Assembly: GCA_035193785.1 (NCBI GenBank)
Contig: CP136572.1
Coordinates: forward strand, 5,012,578-5,076,577
From: Planktothrix sp. GU0601_MAG3
GTDB lineage: Bacteria > Cyanobacteriota > Cyanobacteriia > Cyanobacteriales > Microcoleaceae
DNA length: 64,000 nt
Reading direction: 5' to 3'
The position numbers were made by a program, and so were the translations under genes. Shown piece by piece: positions 33,188 through 46,432 of the stretch (positions are counted from its first letter, which is position 1; each line of letters starts with the position of its first letter). The notes under the pieces were generated by a model, which ran no database searches, was not told the DNA's origin, and saw only the letters and a program-made list of their open reading frames with translations.

Positions 33188-34138
33188 ATGGAAACCAACA
33201 CCAAATTTAATGGGTTTTATTCTGCAAAACTCGCATTATTGTGTTTATCAATGGTGCTATTGTTTGGGGGAAAAACTCAAACCCAAGCTATGACCACCAC
33301 GGCGGTGATTGATCAGTTACAAAAATTAACTGATACTAACCGACAGAACCGTTTAGAAGCCATCAAAACCTTAAAAACCCTGGGTTCTCCGGCGCTCCCG
33401 ATTCTGGTTGAGGCCCTAACCGATGACCACGAGGGCATTCGACGGGGGGCGGCTTTTGCGTTGGGGGCGATGGGAGGGGATGCGGTGGAGGCGGTTCCGG
33501 CGCTGTTGGCGACCTTGAAAGATCCGGTGTCGGCGGTACGAATGGATGGGGCTGTGGCGATCAAACAAATTACCGCAGCCTCCCCAGATGCTTTACAGCA
33601 GGCGGTTCAGGAGTTGACAGCCGGATTAAACCATCCTGAGAGTGCCGTTCGTCAGGGGGCGGCTTTGGGCCTGGGAGTTATCGGTTCCGAGGCCCCAAGT
33701 ACCATCACTCCGTTAATTCAGGCGTTACAAGATACGGATGAGGAAGTCCGACTGGCGGCGGCGATCGCCCTTAAAAGGATGGGTTCGGTGGCGGTTCCGG
33801 CTTTAAAGGAGGCGTTGAATGACCCGGATGGGGGGGTGCGGGCTAGGGCGGCTTTTGCTTTGGGGAATATTCAGGCGTCGGGGATTACGGGTGTAACCCA
33901 AGCGCTACAAAATAGCGATCGCCAAATTCGTCAAACGGCGGCGATGACTTTGGATCAACTTACCTCTGATCAATTGTTGGTTTCAACGGCAAAATCAACC
34001 CGGAACTCAACCCCTAGGAAATCAACCCCTAGGAAATCAACCCCTAGGAAATCGACCCCTAGGAAATCGCCCGGGAACGAGTCCTGGGCCTGCGGGAAAT
34101 CAACCTCGGCGTATGGGTTCTTAACTTTTTTGGTATAG
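33188..34138 (+). CDS. HEAT/PBS-lyase repeat protein with signal-like N-terminus and (STPRK)4 tail
   Basis: VRxxAAxALG repeats; 15-bp tandem repeat 34007-34066; exact C-terminus uncertain (possible indel near 34072). Confidence 0.85.
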   Translation: METNTKFNGFYSAKLALLCLSMVLLFGGKTQTQAMTTTAVIDQLQKLTDTNRQNRLEAIKTLKTLGSPALPILVEALTDDHEGIRRGAAFALGAMGGDAVEAVPALLATLKDPVSAVRMDGAVAIKQITAASPDALQQAVQELTAGLNHPESAVRQGAALGLGVIGSEAPSTITPLIQALQDTDEEVRLAAAIALKRMGSVAVPALKEALNDPDGGVRARAAFALGNIQASGITGVTQALQNSDRQIRQTAAMTLDQLTSDQLLVSTAKSTRNSTPRKSTPRKSTPRKSTPRKSPGNESWACGKSTSAYGFLTFLV

Positions 34139-34207
34139 CAGTCGCTATCAAGATGGGGACGGGGTGCGGGCATTTTTTTGACGTACCCTACGAATAGTTT
34201 TCGGAAT

Positions 34208-36533
34208 ATGAATGATTCTCAACCTAGTATTAATATTCAAGGGTTATATGCCGAGGCTTTAGCCTTGGAACAGGCGGGATATTTTGATCTCGCACAGGCA
34301 AAATATCAACGGATTTTAGAGTTAGATCAGGATAATATTCAGGCGTTGCCAGGTTTAGCCAGGGTGTATTTTTACTATGGGGAATATGATCAAGTATTGG
34401 AAATTTTAGAACGTTGCTTATTGTTAGATGGAACCCAAGGGAGTCAATATTATAATTTGGGTTTGGTTTGGGAAAAATTGGGGAATATTACCGAAGCAAT
34501 TTCGGCGTATAAATTGGCGATTGATTTAGATGTGGAAGGGGTAGACGGGTGTTTGAAATTGGGTGATTTGTTGGCAGAATTGGGAGAATTTAAAACCACA
34601 CAATTCTATTATCAGCAAGCAATAGATCGCCAGCCCCATACAGCTAGGGGATATTTAAAGTTAGGGAATCTTTTTTTGGGACAAAATCGGGTAGAAGATG
34701 CGATCGCCATTTATGAAACAGCCTTAAATATTTATCCTAATCATTCTGATTTATTGTATCAAATGGGATTGGCATTTAGGGTTAATCAAAATTCTGAAAT
34801 GGCGGATTTATATTGGGGCTTGGCGGCGGAATCTCAAGATCAGTATCAAACAGCTATTCAATTTTATTATAATATTTTACAGACTCAATTGTCAACGGTT
34901 GATATTTATTTAAGGTTGGGAAACTGTTATCGAAATTTGGATCAATGCTCGGAGGCGATCGCTATTTATGAACAGGCTTTGCCAAGGTTTCCTGATGGGA
35001 TAGAATTATATTTGGCTTTAATTTCAGCTTGGCAAAATTTGGGAGATACTCAAACAGCATTGCAAATTTCCGAACAAGCTATGACTCGATTTACTAATCA
35101 TATTTCTGTCAAATTTGCCAAACAATCTTTGTTACCAATTTTATATGATGATTTCCCAGAAGTTTCTAAGTATAGACGGCATTTTGCTATAGAGTTAGGT
35201 CAATTAATTGAACAAACGGATTTAGAGGATTTAGAAGTCAAACAACAGGCATTAAGGGCAATTGGAAACTCAAACTAATTTTTATTTACAATATCAGGGA
35301 TATGATGATTTAGAGCTACAAAAACAATATGGTGGATTTGTCCATCGGATTATGAAAGCTAATTATCCTGAATGGACAAAACCCTTATTATTAACAACAT
35401 TGACTGCCCATCAAAAAATTAAAATTGGCTATATTTCCGCTCATTTAACCTGGCATACGGTCGGGTTAATATTTTTAGGATGGTTGAGAGATTGCGATCA
35501 CGCTCAGTTTGAAATCTATTGTTATTATACCGGAAAAGAAACCGATGCTATTACTAATTTATTTCAACTTTATAGTGATCAATTTTATCATATTTATGGC
35601 AATTTAGAGAATATTGTTGATCGGATTTCGGCAGATCAATTACAGATTATTGTGTTTTTAGATATTGGGATGTGTCCCCAACTAACACAAATAGCGGGGT
35701 TGGGAGTAGCTCCGATTCAATGCGCGGCTTGGGGACATCCAATTACTACGGGTTTACCAACAATTGATTATTTTATTTCTGCGGAATTATTGGAACCTCC
35801 CAGGGCGCAAAACCATTATTCAGAGCGGTTATTTTGTTTACCGAATTTAGGGATTAATTATGCTCAACCTCCTTTATTAGAACCGCAAAAAACCCGTTTA
35901 GATTTTGGGTTAAAAGGGGATGCTATTTTATATTTATCCTGTCAATCTTTATTTAAGTATTTGCCATATTTTGATTTAATCTTAGTGGCGATCGCTAAAC
36001 AGGTTAAATTCGCTCAATTTGTGTTTATCGCCCATTGGAATGCGGCAATTACCGAAAAGTTTAAACGACGGTTAAAACGATCTTTTGCAGAACATGATTT
36101 AGATATGCAAGAATATTGTATGATTTTACCTCGTTTAGATAAAATAGATTATTTACAACTCAATAAGTTAGCTGATATTGGCTTAGATACCCTACAATTT
36201 ACTGGGTTTTTAACCAGTTTAGATAGTTTATCCTGTTGTCTTCCCCTAGTTACCTGTGAGGGAGAATGGATGAGAAGTCGTCAGTCTGCGGGTATATTAA
36301 ACCGATTAGGAATTACAGAAACCATTGCCCAAAATCGAGAGGATTATATTAAAATAGCAGTAAAGTTAGGATTAGATTTAGAATGGAGATTAGCAATTAG
36401 AGAAAAAATCAAACAAAATCAATGGAAACTCTATGAGGATAAAAGTTGTGTCCCAGCATTAGAAAAATTTTATCAACAAACTATTCACAATTTTAATCAG
36501 ATATCCCTAATTAAAGGGGACTTTAACAACTAA
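34208..36533 (+). CDS. TPR-containing O-GlcNAc transferase, GT41/SPINDLY family (frameshift near 35270)
   Basis: N-terminal TPRs; KIKIGYISAHLTWHTVG, APIQCAAWGHPITTGLPTIDYFIS, QSLFKYLP, DIGLDT. Confidence 0.9.
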
Positions 36534-36570
36534 TTCCCTCAATTCGTAATTCCCTATTCCCTATTCCTAT

Positions 36571-37060
36571 ATGAATCAAGCAATTTTAGTTAATCTCAGA
36601 GAAGCATTTTTTAACGCGCCTGGATTTTGGCAAACTCGGTTTTTAATTAAAACTGGAAATTGGTGTAAATCAGTCGATGGTTTAGATAAAAGTCGCACCG
36701 ATGGTTATTCAATTTTGGGCAGTTTTGTGAATCAATGTGATCAATTAGCCACCCAACAACCGGGATTATACTTATTTTGTGAAAAGAAGAAACAAAAACA
36801 GAACGTTACGGAAAGATTATATACCTTATTTATCTTAGAAACCCGATGGAAGTGTAGAAGTATTAAACGAATTAAAAACCGCCAGTAAGGATTGGGGGGT
36901 GCAATTATGGCCCGAAATTGACGCCTATTTTATTAGACAGCAAGACTCTGGAGAAAAAAGACGTCAACAATTAATGCAGGAAATTCAACAACTAGAGTTT
37001 GAATTAAAACAACGTCGGGGGGAATTAGCAGCTTTAGACAGAATTGATATTAACCATTAA
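36571..37060 (+). CDS. Hypothetical protein with C-terminal coiled coil (frameshift near 36840)
   Basis: NWCKSVDGLDKSRTDGYSILGSF; second frame LEPDGSVEVL...WGVQLWPEIDAYF...LEFELKQRRGELAAL. Confidence 0.65.
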
Positions 37061-38066
37061 AATCCTTAATTTCTAGGCGATTTCTACCATTAATTTTAGC
37101 TTGATATAAGGCTTGATCTGCCATAGAAATTAACCGCTCAGGAGAAAATTTATAATCGGGGATAGTTGTTGTAGTTCCTAAACTTAACGTTAAATAAGGT
37201 TCAATCTTTGATCCTTGATGAATAATCATTTTCTCCTTGAGTAAAGCCATAACACTCTGAGCGACTTTAGTGGCTCCTAGGATATTTGTATTTGGTAAAA
37301 TTATGGCAAATTCTTCCCCCCCATAACGAGCTACTAAATCCGCCGGACGACGGGAGCATTCTTTTAAAATAGCAGCCACCAGTTTTAAACATTCATCTCC
37401 TGCTTGGTGACCATAAGTATCATTATAGGCTTTAAAAAAATCAATATCACATAAAATTAAAGATAAAGGTAATTGTTCCCGTTGCGAGCGTTGCCATTCT
37501 TGTTTTAAGTAATCATCAAAACATCGACGGTTAGAAATTTGAGTTAAACCATCTATTAATGCTAAACGCTGTAACTCTTGATTCACTTGTTCTAATTTTT
37601 GATTAGTTTCTTCTAATTGAGTTGTTAATAATCTTTCCCGTTCAATTTGACGTTTAAGTTCCTCCATGACCCAACCACTTTGAAGAATTCGACGCACCCG
37701 TTGACGTAACACCGCCCAATGAATCGGTTTAGTAATATAGTCCGTTGCTCCCACTTGAAAAGCCAAATCAACCGAAGCTTGATCCTCTAATACTGTAATC
37801 ATTAAAATCGGCGGACAATTCTCACCCAGAAGATTTTTTAACTCATGACAACAGGTAAATCCATCAATTCCTGGCATCATCGCATCTAAAAGAATAATAT
37901 CCGGCAAAAACTCTTGACAAATCTTTAAACACTCCTCTCCAGTCCCGGCTTCTCTTAAACGATATCCTTCCCTTTCCATAGATCTACGCAAGACTAAACG
38001 GAGGGTTTTTTCATCATCAACAATTAAAATAATTGGATGGGTTTGTTCAAATTCAGAATTGTTCAT
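37050..38066 (-). CDS. PleD-like response regulator / diguanylate cyclase (REC-GGDEF)
   Basis: IVDDE, LLDAMMP, DYITKP; RPAD I-site and ARYGGEEF active site. Confidence 0.93.
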   Translation of the reverse strand: MNNSEFEQTHPIILIVDDEKTLRLVLRRSMEREGYRLREAGTGEECLKICQEFLPDIILLDAMMPGIDGFTCCHELKNLLGENCPPILMITVLEDQASVDLAFQVGATDYITKPIHWAVLRQRVRRILQSGWVMEELKRQIERERLLTTQLEETNQKLEQVNQELQRLALIDGLTQISNRRCFDDYLKQEWQRSQREQLPLSLILCDIDFFKAYNDTYGHQAGDECLKLVAAILKECSRRPADLVARYGGEEFAIILPNTNILGATKVAQSVMALLKEKMIIHQGSKIEPYLTLSLGTTTTIPDYKFSPERLISMADQALYQAKINGRNRLEIKDFNG

Positions 38067-41000
38067 TTGATTCTATTTGCCTTAATTCTTGTTCCAATGC
38101 AGCTTTAACTAAGTCATATTCCTGGGCTAACTGCTGGACTAAAGATTGAATACCATTATTAACTGAAACCCGTGCGTCCTTTGGCTTCTAATTCTCCAGC
38201 CAGTTCGGCCAAGCGTACTGCACCCACAGTAACCGAGAGGGACTTGAGAGCGTGGGCCGACTTTTGTAGAGCTAAAGCGTCTTGATGGATAACCGCTTCC
38301 TCTATCGTTTGTAAACGTTGAGGGGCATCTTCTAAATAGCTATTAAACACTTCAACCAATAATATGTCGGCATCTTCTCCCGCCATTAATCTTAAACTAT
38401 TAATCGTCTCTTGATCTAAGTGATTTTCCTTAATTAGACACTGAATTTTAGGCGATAAATAATTTTGAACAACCGTAGATAAATGATCATTGATACAATA
38501 GTTCTGCTCGGTCAATTTTGGTGAGTCAGAGAAGGTACTTTCATAGGTATAATATCGTTCTAAAGCCGCTATTAAAGATTTAATCCGAATTGGTTTACTA
38601 ACATAATCATTCATTCCGGCTTGCAGACATTCTTCCTTGTCACCCTGCATGGCGTGGGCTGTCATCGCAATAATCCAAGGGCGAGAATCCTCCGGCCATT
38701 GTTTACAAATATAGCGAGTTGTTTCTAAACCATCAAGTTCGGGCATCTGCACATCCATAAAAACCAGATCATAGGATTGACGTTGTAAGGCATCAATAGC
38801 TTCTAAACCATTGTTAGCAACATCCGCCCGATAACCTAAACGTTGTAACATTTTGATGGCTACCATTTGATTAACAAGTACATCTTCTACTAATAAAATT
38901 CTCAACGGATGGAGATTTGCTAAGGGCGGATATAAAGTTGTAGAAATTGGTTCAGATACCAGGGAAATTCGTTGACTATTCAAGATTTTAGCTAAAGTAT
39001 TATAGAGTTGAGATTGTTTAATTGGTTTGGTTAGGATCGATGCAAATAACTTTTGAGATGGTTTATCTTGGGGAAAAAAGTTGCCAACAGAACTTAATAG
39101 GACTAGCGGTAAATGTTTACAAGTGGGGAAGTTCTGAATACAGTTTGCCAAACTTAAACCATCCATTTGTGGCATCTGCATATCAATAATTACTAAATCA
39201 AAATTATGATCTTTAACTAACATTGCCAACGCTTCTAAACCCGATTCAACTGCTTGCACTCCCATGTCCCAAGATTCAGCTTGTAAAGTAAGAATTTTAC
39301 GATTAGTGGCATTATCATCAACAATTAATAAATGTTTATTTGATAAATTGGGCGGGAATATTTCCACATCGGATAACTTAGTATTAGGGTCGGATTGAAG
39401 CATAACCGTAACATGAAAAGTAGACCCCACATCTGGGGCACTTTCTAACCAAATTTCACCCTTCATCATTTCACATAGACGTCTGCTAATTACTAATCCT
39501 AATCCCGTGCCTCCATAGCGGCGAGTCATGGAAGAATCCACCTGACTAAAGGGTTTAAATAATCGTTCTTTGCGTTCTTCAGGAATGCCAATTCCGGTAT
39601 CTTTAACCGCAAAATGAAGTTTATATGTAGGGTTTTTACTGTCTTTTTCCACGGGTTTCAGCATCAATAGAAATAATCACTTCTCCCCTTTCAGTAAATT
39701 TGACCGCATTACTCAACAAATTGACTAAAATTTGACGAATCCGAGTCACATCACCGATGATCAATGTGGGGGTGGCAGGAGTAATTAAATAGGCTAATTC
39801 TAAATTTTTATTATGGGCAATGGCAGCAACTAAATCTAAAGCTTCTTCTACACAATTACGCAGGTGAAAGGGCTGTTCTTCTAAATCAAGTTGACCGGAT
39901 TCAATTTTAGAAAAATCCAAAATATCATTAATAACGGTGAGTAAAGTATCGCTACTGGTGCGAATAATTTCTACAAATTCATGCTGTTGGGGCGTTAAAT
40001 TCATATCTAATAATAATCCCGTCATCCCAATCACAGCATTTAAGGGAGTCCGAATTTCATGACTCATCATTGCTAAAAATTCACTTTTAGATCGGTTGGC
40101 GGCTTCAGCTTCTATCTTGGCTTTTTCTAGGGCTAAATTTTGCTGGATTAGTTGTTCACCTTGTAAAACTTCTTGTTCTAAAATTTTACCCTGGGCTAAG
40201 GCAATTCCGACTTGGGTAGCAACGGCTTCTAATAGTTCAATTTCGTTCTCTGTCCAGTCTCGATGGCGATCGCATTGATGTAAGGTAATCAACCCATTTG
40301 CTTGATCTTTATAGGATGTACGAACCGCTAAAATAGATTTTAACTTAATACTACGGCAGAAGATTTTAAGTTTAGCAAATAAAGGATCTGTGTAAACATT
40401 GGAGGTGGCAATAGCTGCATCTTGAAGAATTAATTTTTCAGCATAGGTATTTCCCTGAATAAAAATTTTTGTTCCAATTAAAGCAGTATAGCCAGGATCG
40501 AGATATTCAGCCATAATTGGCAGTTCGGAAACAGGAGGTTGAAGGTAAATATGAATTAAACATCGATTCACCTCAAAGGTTTGACCGAGAAGTTGAGCGG
40601 TAGTTTCTACAATGCGTTTTATATCTAAACTTTGGCGAATTTCCTGGGTAATTTTTTTGAGTAAAACAGCCTGTTGAATTTGGTGTTTTAACTGCTCCTC
40701 TACCTCTTTAATTTGAGTAATATTAAAATGAATAGCTAAGTATTTAAAGGGATTTTCTTGGGCATCTAAAAAAGGAACAATGGTGGTATTTACCCAATAA
40801 TATTTAGCCGATTTAGATTGATTTTTTATTTCTCCTTGCCAAACCTTTCCTTGCTGAATAGTTGACCATAAATGGTCAAAAAATTCTGGGGGATGGTAAT
40901 GGGAATTAATAACTCGATGGGTCTGACCGATTAATTCTTCTTGGGAATAGCCGGAAATTTGACAAAACTGTTCATTAACATAGGTAATATTGCCTTCCGC

Positions 41001-42432
41001 ATCCGTTATGGAAACAATCGCAGCTTGATCCAAAGCAAATTTATGAAATGCTAACTCTCGTAAGGTTTTTTGTAAAGCTTCCTCCGACAGTTTTCGTTGA
41101 GTAATATCACTCCCAATTCCTAAAAATCCAGTGATTTCACCCTCTGAATTTTGCAAACTTGTGATCGATAATAAGACAGGAAACCGAGAACCATCTTGAC
41201 GAATATAAGACCACTCATTTTCATCTATATCCCCTTGCAAGGCTTTAGCTATAAATACGTCAAATCCCGGTTTGATCGGAGTTCCTAATTCTTGAGATAG
41301 GACTATGGCTCGGTGTTGAATTTCTGCTAAATCATGGATAATTGCCGGGGTTTTTTGGTCAATCATTTGATCAGCAGAATATTGTAATAATTGTTCTGCG
41401 GTTCTGTTAAATGTCTTAATAATTCCATCAACAGTTGTTGAAATAATCGTATAATTAGCACTATTTAAAATAGCTTTTTGTAGGGATGTGGCTTCTTCTA
41501 AAATTTTTTGAGTTGCTTTTTGCTTCTGAATTTGTAGGATTAATTGTTGATTAATAGATTCTAATTGTTTAGATTTTGACCTAGAACTCTTGGCAAAATA
41601 CAAGGTTAAGGCTAAACTCCAAGCAATGATTAACCCACTCCATAAAATAAATGTTGCTAGGGGGGATTTAACCTTTTCAATTAGTTCCTGAGAAGCCGTA
41701 ACTACAAGTTTAAATCTTCCACCATAAATAGATAAACTAGATGTTGCCATTGCTTGATTTGCATGAATTAATAGATTGGGTTGACGTTGATAAATTAGTT
41801 CATTTTCTTGCCAAATTTCAATAATATAATATTCCAAATTCTGATTTTCAAAAACTAAATCTAGCCAAGATTGGATTTGAATAACAGCAACAATAAATCC
41901 ATCGAATTTCTGATCATTTTGTCTAACAATTGGTAAATAAGCTAAAAATCCCTTACCCCCTTGAACTAAATCAATAACTGGAGTAATAACTGTTTGATTG
42001 CTATTCAGAGATTGTTTCTAAGGCTTGATGACGGAATGGATCATTCTTTAAATTAAAATTTAGAGCCGCTTCATTGCCTTTCAGGGGATAAATCCAACGC
42101 ACATAAAATTCGGAATCAACCCACTCAATAGCCTGAAAACCTGCATAATCTTCAAAATAATTTTTGGTATCGGCTTCCCATTCGTCTTTAGGCACACCTC
42201 CTCGGATTTTCCAACGGTCTCTCATCCTTCCTAAAGCTAGTATTCGAGAATTTATTTGATTGGAAATCATCACTTCTACCGTTTGAGCTTCTTGATTTAA
42301 TAATTGTTGAATTTGATTTTTCTCCTGAGCAATTAAACTAGACCACAACAAAAAGGTGACACAAGAAATTCCGGTTCCTGTCAGTAAGGGAATCCAATCA
42401 ATTATTTTAAAACCTTTATTAAATATCCCCAT
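38053..42432 (-). CDS. Hybrid sensor histidine kinase CHASE-PAS-PAS-GAF-HisKA-HATPase-REC-REC-Hpt (three or more frameshifts)
   Basis: TM-flanked CHASE-like region, two [29 protein letters not shown], two receiver domains, AHALKS Hpt. Confidence 0.9.
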
Positions 42433-42549
42433 ATTTTTCTCTCTCCTTCCTGCTAAACTCTGTTTTTGTGCCGTTTTTAGATAGTTAATTACTCCGATAA
42501 ATATGTTTTTGTCTATAATTTATCCTGAATAATTTAGATGATCCTGAAT

Positions 42550-43879
42550 CTAGGGGGTCGGCTGCTTTTTAAGCACATTAACCACGGAATCAGCAACAAA
42601 ATTTGATAAAATATTTTCTCCTGTTTTCTGATAATGGCAACAGTTATCAATATAGGCAGGTTCTTTAGTATTGTCGAGAATAGATACCCCATTAAAGAAA
42701 TTAATTTGATTAGCCTTAAGTTGATTCACCTCTTTTAACAAAAGGGGATATCCTTTTTTGACGGCATCTTGATAAGGACTATCTTGATTAAAGGCAACTT
42801 TTTTTTCCGCCTCACTAAACACTCGCTTTGTAGGATAATATTGATTGGGTTGTAAAATATGGAAATAGGGAATATTATTTTCTTTTAAAATTTCATGGAT
42901 TAAAATGGAACTTTTAGCCCAATGATTAGCAATTTTAGGGAATAGTTCGGCATCGGTTAAAATGGGATATTGCATATAAAAATAAATCACACTCTCCGCC
43001 GCACCACCATCCTCCGAGGGTTTCTGGCGATATCGTTCAAATCGTGCCACATCTCGTCGATAGTTTTTAACTAAGTCTTGAACATACAGGGACATGACCG
43101 CATTACAAGAGGCTAAGGGACAATCTTTTAAGGTTTCTAAGGCATCTTTGATTTTGGGTTTATTCTCTTTAATCATTAATAGGGTTTTCAGGGCTCGAGT
43201 GGATAGACTATTATTAGCTAAACCCGTTAAAGCTTGAACATGGGAGGAAACTGGGCATGGCAAATTCTAATCCATTTTGATTATTAATATTAGCAAGGGC
43301 AACTTCATTAAAGCCATCAATATTAATTACCAGATCAAATTTTTGCCCCAAAGAAAGCAGATAATTTAAAGTAATTAGCTGTTGGGGTTGTTTATACCCG
43401 CCAATGGCTAAAGAGATAATAATTAATTCTTTGCCTTTAAATTGGGGGAGTTGTTGGAGTTTTTTCTCTAAAATCTTATTTTGCACTTCATAAATTGAGT
43501 AATTGCCCGCAACGGAGCCACCTAAAACTCCCACAATTACTTGATTTTTATTAGTTTTTATGTAGGGGTAATCGTAGGGAGAAATAAACCCATAATTATT
43601 ATACTTAAATCCGGGTCTAAAATCGGGGCCGGGTTTCTGCACATAACCAAAATAAGGATGTAATCTTTCGACCACAGATTCCCCGACTCTCACCCCTTCT
43701 AAATTAATCCCTAAATTCTGTAAATCCTCCGAAGGTTCCCGGGTATAATAGAACTGTTTATTTTTAGAATAATAGAAAATTAACGAACCAATTTCTAAAA
43801 GAACGAATAAAACAACTAAGTTAATTAACCCGATTTTTAGACCTGCTTTAGCTTGAGGCAAGAATTTAAAATTTTTCAT
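42550..43879 (-). CDS. Membrane-anchored SGNH-like protein (frameshift near 43240)
   Basis: N-terminal TM, VLGGSVA, GGYKQPQQL, DGFNE, DNCCHY. Confidence 0.75.
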
Positions 43880-43988
43880 AGTAATAAGAGAAAATTAAAA
43901 CCAAAACAACTAAAATTTTCGAGAATGCAAAAACCCCATTAAATTATTATATAACTATTATATAACAATTACGAGAGCAATTTTAATT

Positions 43989-45217
43989 TTACGGTTGAGG
44001 TTTTGGGGTTTGACCCATCAGTTGTTGACAGACTTGACTCGCCATTAATGCCCCAGCGATGCGATTTCCTTCAACGTTCCAATGTCCTCCACAGACTTCC
44101 GCATTCTCAAATCCATGTAGACAAATTCCGGTTCTTTCTGCTTCTTTTCGCAAAGGTTTCTGCTAACTGCAAAACCGGAAATCCCTTTTGTTTTCCTAAC
44201 GCTTCAATTCGCTTGTTTGGGTAAAATAAATCTTGAATTTGATATTTTTGCATAAACTCTTGACGTTTTTTAGGGTCGGGCAGAACTTGAAAGGAGTCAC
44301 TTACCATTATTAGCATAAAATCCTTTCCCTCAGCTTTAACTTCATTCTTGAGTAATGTAATTAACTGTTCTGTAATTTTCCAAGCTTGTTGCCAATTTTG
44401 ATCGGGGGGTTCCTTATAAAAATTAATCTCCGTTTCCCGATAGTCTTTTTGTAACTGACGACGTTTAGATTCCATTTCTGCCCGTCTCATTACTTGTAAT
44501 ATTCGAGAATTTGCTATTAATGGATAGGGTAATTGATCCATTTTAGAAAATAAATAATAATCTCGTTCAATACTATTAGGGTTTAATTGTCTAAAGGAGA
44601 CATCTTCCACAAGCTGACCATTTTTTTCCACAAAATAGGGACGTAAATGATCATGTTCTAAGGCACGAAAATTATTGGTGATATCATTCCCAGGATAGAA
44701 ACCCAAAATTACTAAATCGGGAGAAAATTGTTGGGCATGATGTCGCCAAGTCATTAATTCTTGGGCAGTCCCATAACCCTGAACTCCAAAATTTAAGACT
44801 TCAATATTTTTTCCCTTTAAAATGGGGCAGGTTTTTAATTGAGTCTCCATGATTGATAAGGCCGTTTTTTCTAGGGGAAACTTGCAATGCTTCCATAAAA
44901 GAATCCCCTAGTACAGCAATGCGATAACTATTAGCAGGTTTTTCTAAAGTTCGTTCGCGATCGCGCATTCCAAAACCGTTCATTTTCACTTCTGAAACCT
45001 CTCCTTCCCCCGCCCAAACTGTTTTAGCATTCGGTCGAGGTGACCAACCCCGTTCGGGGTCGCTGACGCTGTAAGCGAGGGATTTTGAGTCCGCCGGAAG
45101 GGGCGGTTGATGTTCAATTCCCGCAATTCTTAATCCCACTTCCCCCAAAACAATTGCTAAGACTAAACTCCCAAAAACTAAGCTTGTATTTAAAATTAAC
45201 GATTTCCAAATTTTCAT
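43989..45217 (-). CDS. Membrane-anchored SGNH/GDSL protein, SxtL-like (two frameshifts)
   Basis: IAVLGDSF, NFGVQGYGTAQE, GNDI; corrected tail CLHGFENAEVCGGHWNVEGN. Confidence 0.85.
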
Positions 45218-46432
45218 AATCCAGCTTTATTTTCACACAATTGATTGGCAATTAATTCTGCGGCTAAACGATGTCCCTCTGGATTCCAATGTCCTCCACA
45301 AAGCGTACCATTTTTTTCAAACCCATGTAAACAGGTTTGATTTTTGGTGGCATAGGACTGAAAGGCGGGGGCTAAGTCTAACACGGGGAAATTATTCCGT
45401 TTCCCGATATCTTTCAATCGTTGATTGGGATAATATAAATTATCAATTTTATTAGAGATTTGAAAGAATTTTCTTGTGGCTTCATCTTGATGAACTTGCA
45501 TCGGATCGGCAATAATAACTAATAAAAAATTGGCTTCTTTATTTTTGACTTCTTGCTGCGTTAAGGTGATTAAATCTTCTGTAATTTGCCATGCTTCTTT
45601 CCAATTAGCATCTTTAGGTTCTCGAAAGGTACTCACACTTAATTGGTTAGAGTGTTTAACTAAATTATTTTTGCGATATTCTAATTCGGCTTTTTTTGCC
45701 ACCTGTAAAATTCGAGAGTTATTGACTAACCAATCTGGAAAATGATCAACGGTTGTAATCAAATAGCGATTACTATACCCCATTGGTAAATCACGGAACG
45801 AAAAATCCGGTTCTAATTGACCATTTTTATAGACAAAAAACGGCCGATAATAGTTGTTTTCTAATTGTCGGGAATTATCAATCACATCATTACCAACAAA
45901 AAAGGAAACAATCACTAAATCGGGGTGATATTTTCCGACTTTTTCCCGCAGGGTAATTAATTCTTGGGCTGTGCCATAGCCATCGACTCCAAAATTCAGA
46001 ACTTCAATGTTTTTACCTTGAAATTTAGAACAGTTACCCAAGGTTTTTTCTAATACCGAAGTATAGTTTTTTTCGGCGGGAACTTGGGATGCTAAGGTAA
46101 AAGAATCCCCTAAAACGGCAATTCTAAAGGTGTTTTTAGGTTTAGCGATCGGATATTCTTGATCCCTCAAACCATCCCTATTAATTTCAATGTATGATTC
46201 ACCCTCATAGCGCCACCATCCCTTTGCCCCCGGCAGATTCGACCAACCGCGATCGGGATCGGATTGGGTAAAAAAAGAGGGAGAAAAAACTGCATGACTG
46301 GGTTTCAGGAAGTTTTTTTGCTCCCTGAATATTGGCTAACCTTAAACCGATTTCTCCGATTGCAAAACCTAGGACTAAACTACCTAAAGCTAGTCCTAGA
46401 TTTGATGCCCATGTTTTCCAATGCCCCATCAT
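45214..46432 (-). CDS. Membrane-anchored SGNH/GDSL protein, SxtL-like (frameshift near 46290)
   Basis: IAVLGDSF, NFGVDGYGTAQE, GNDV, CLHGFEKNGTLCGGHWNPEGH. Confidence 0.88.
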
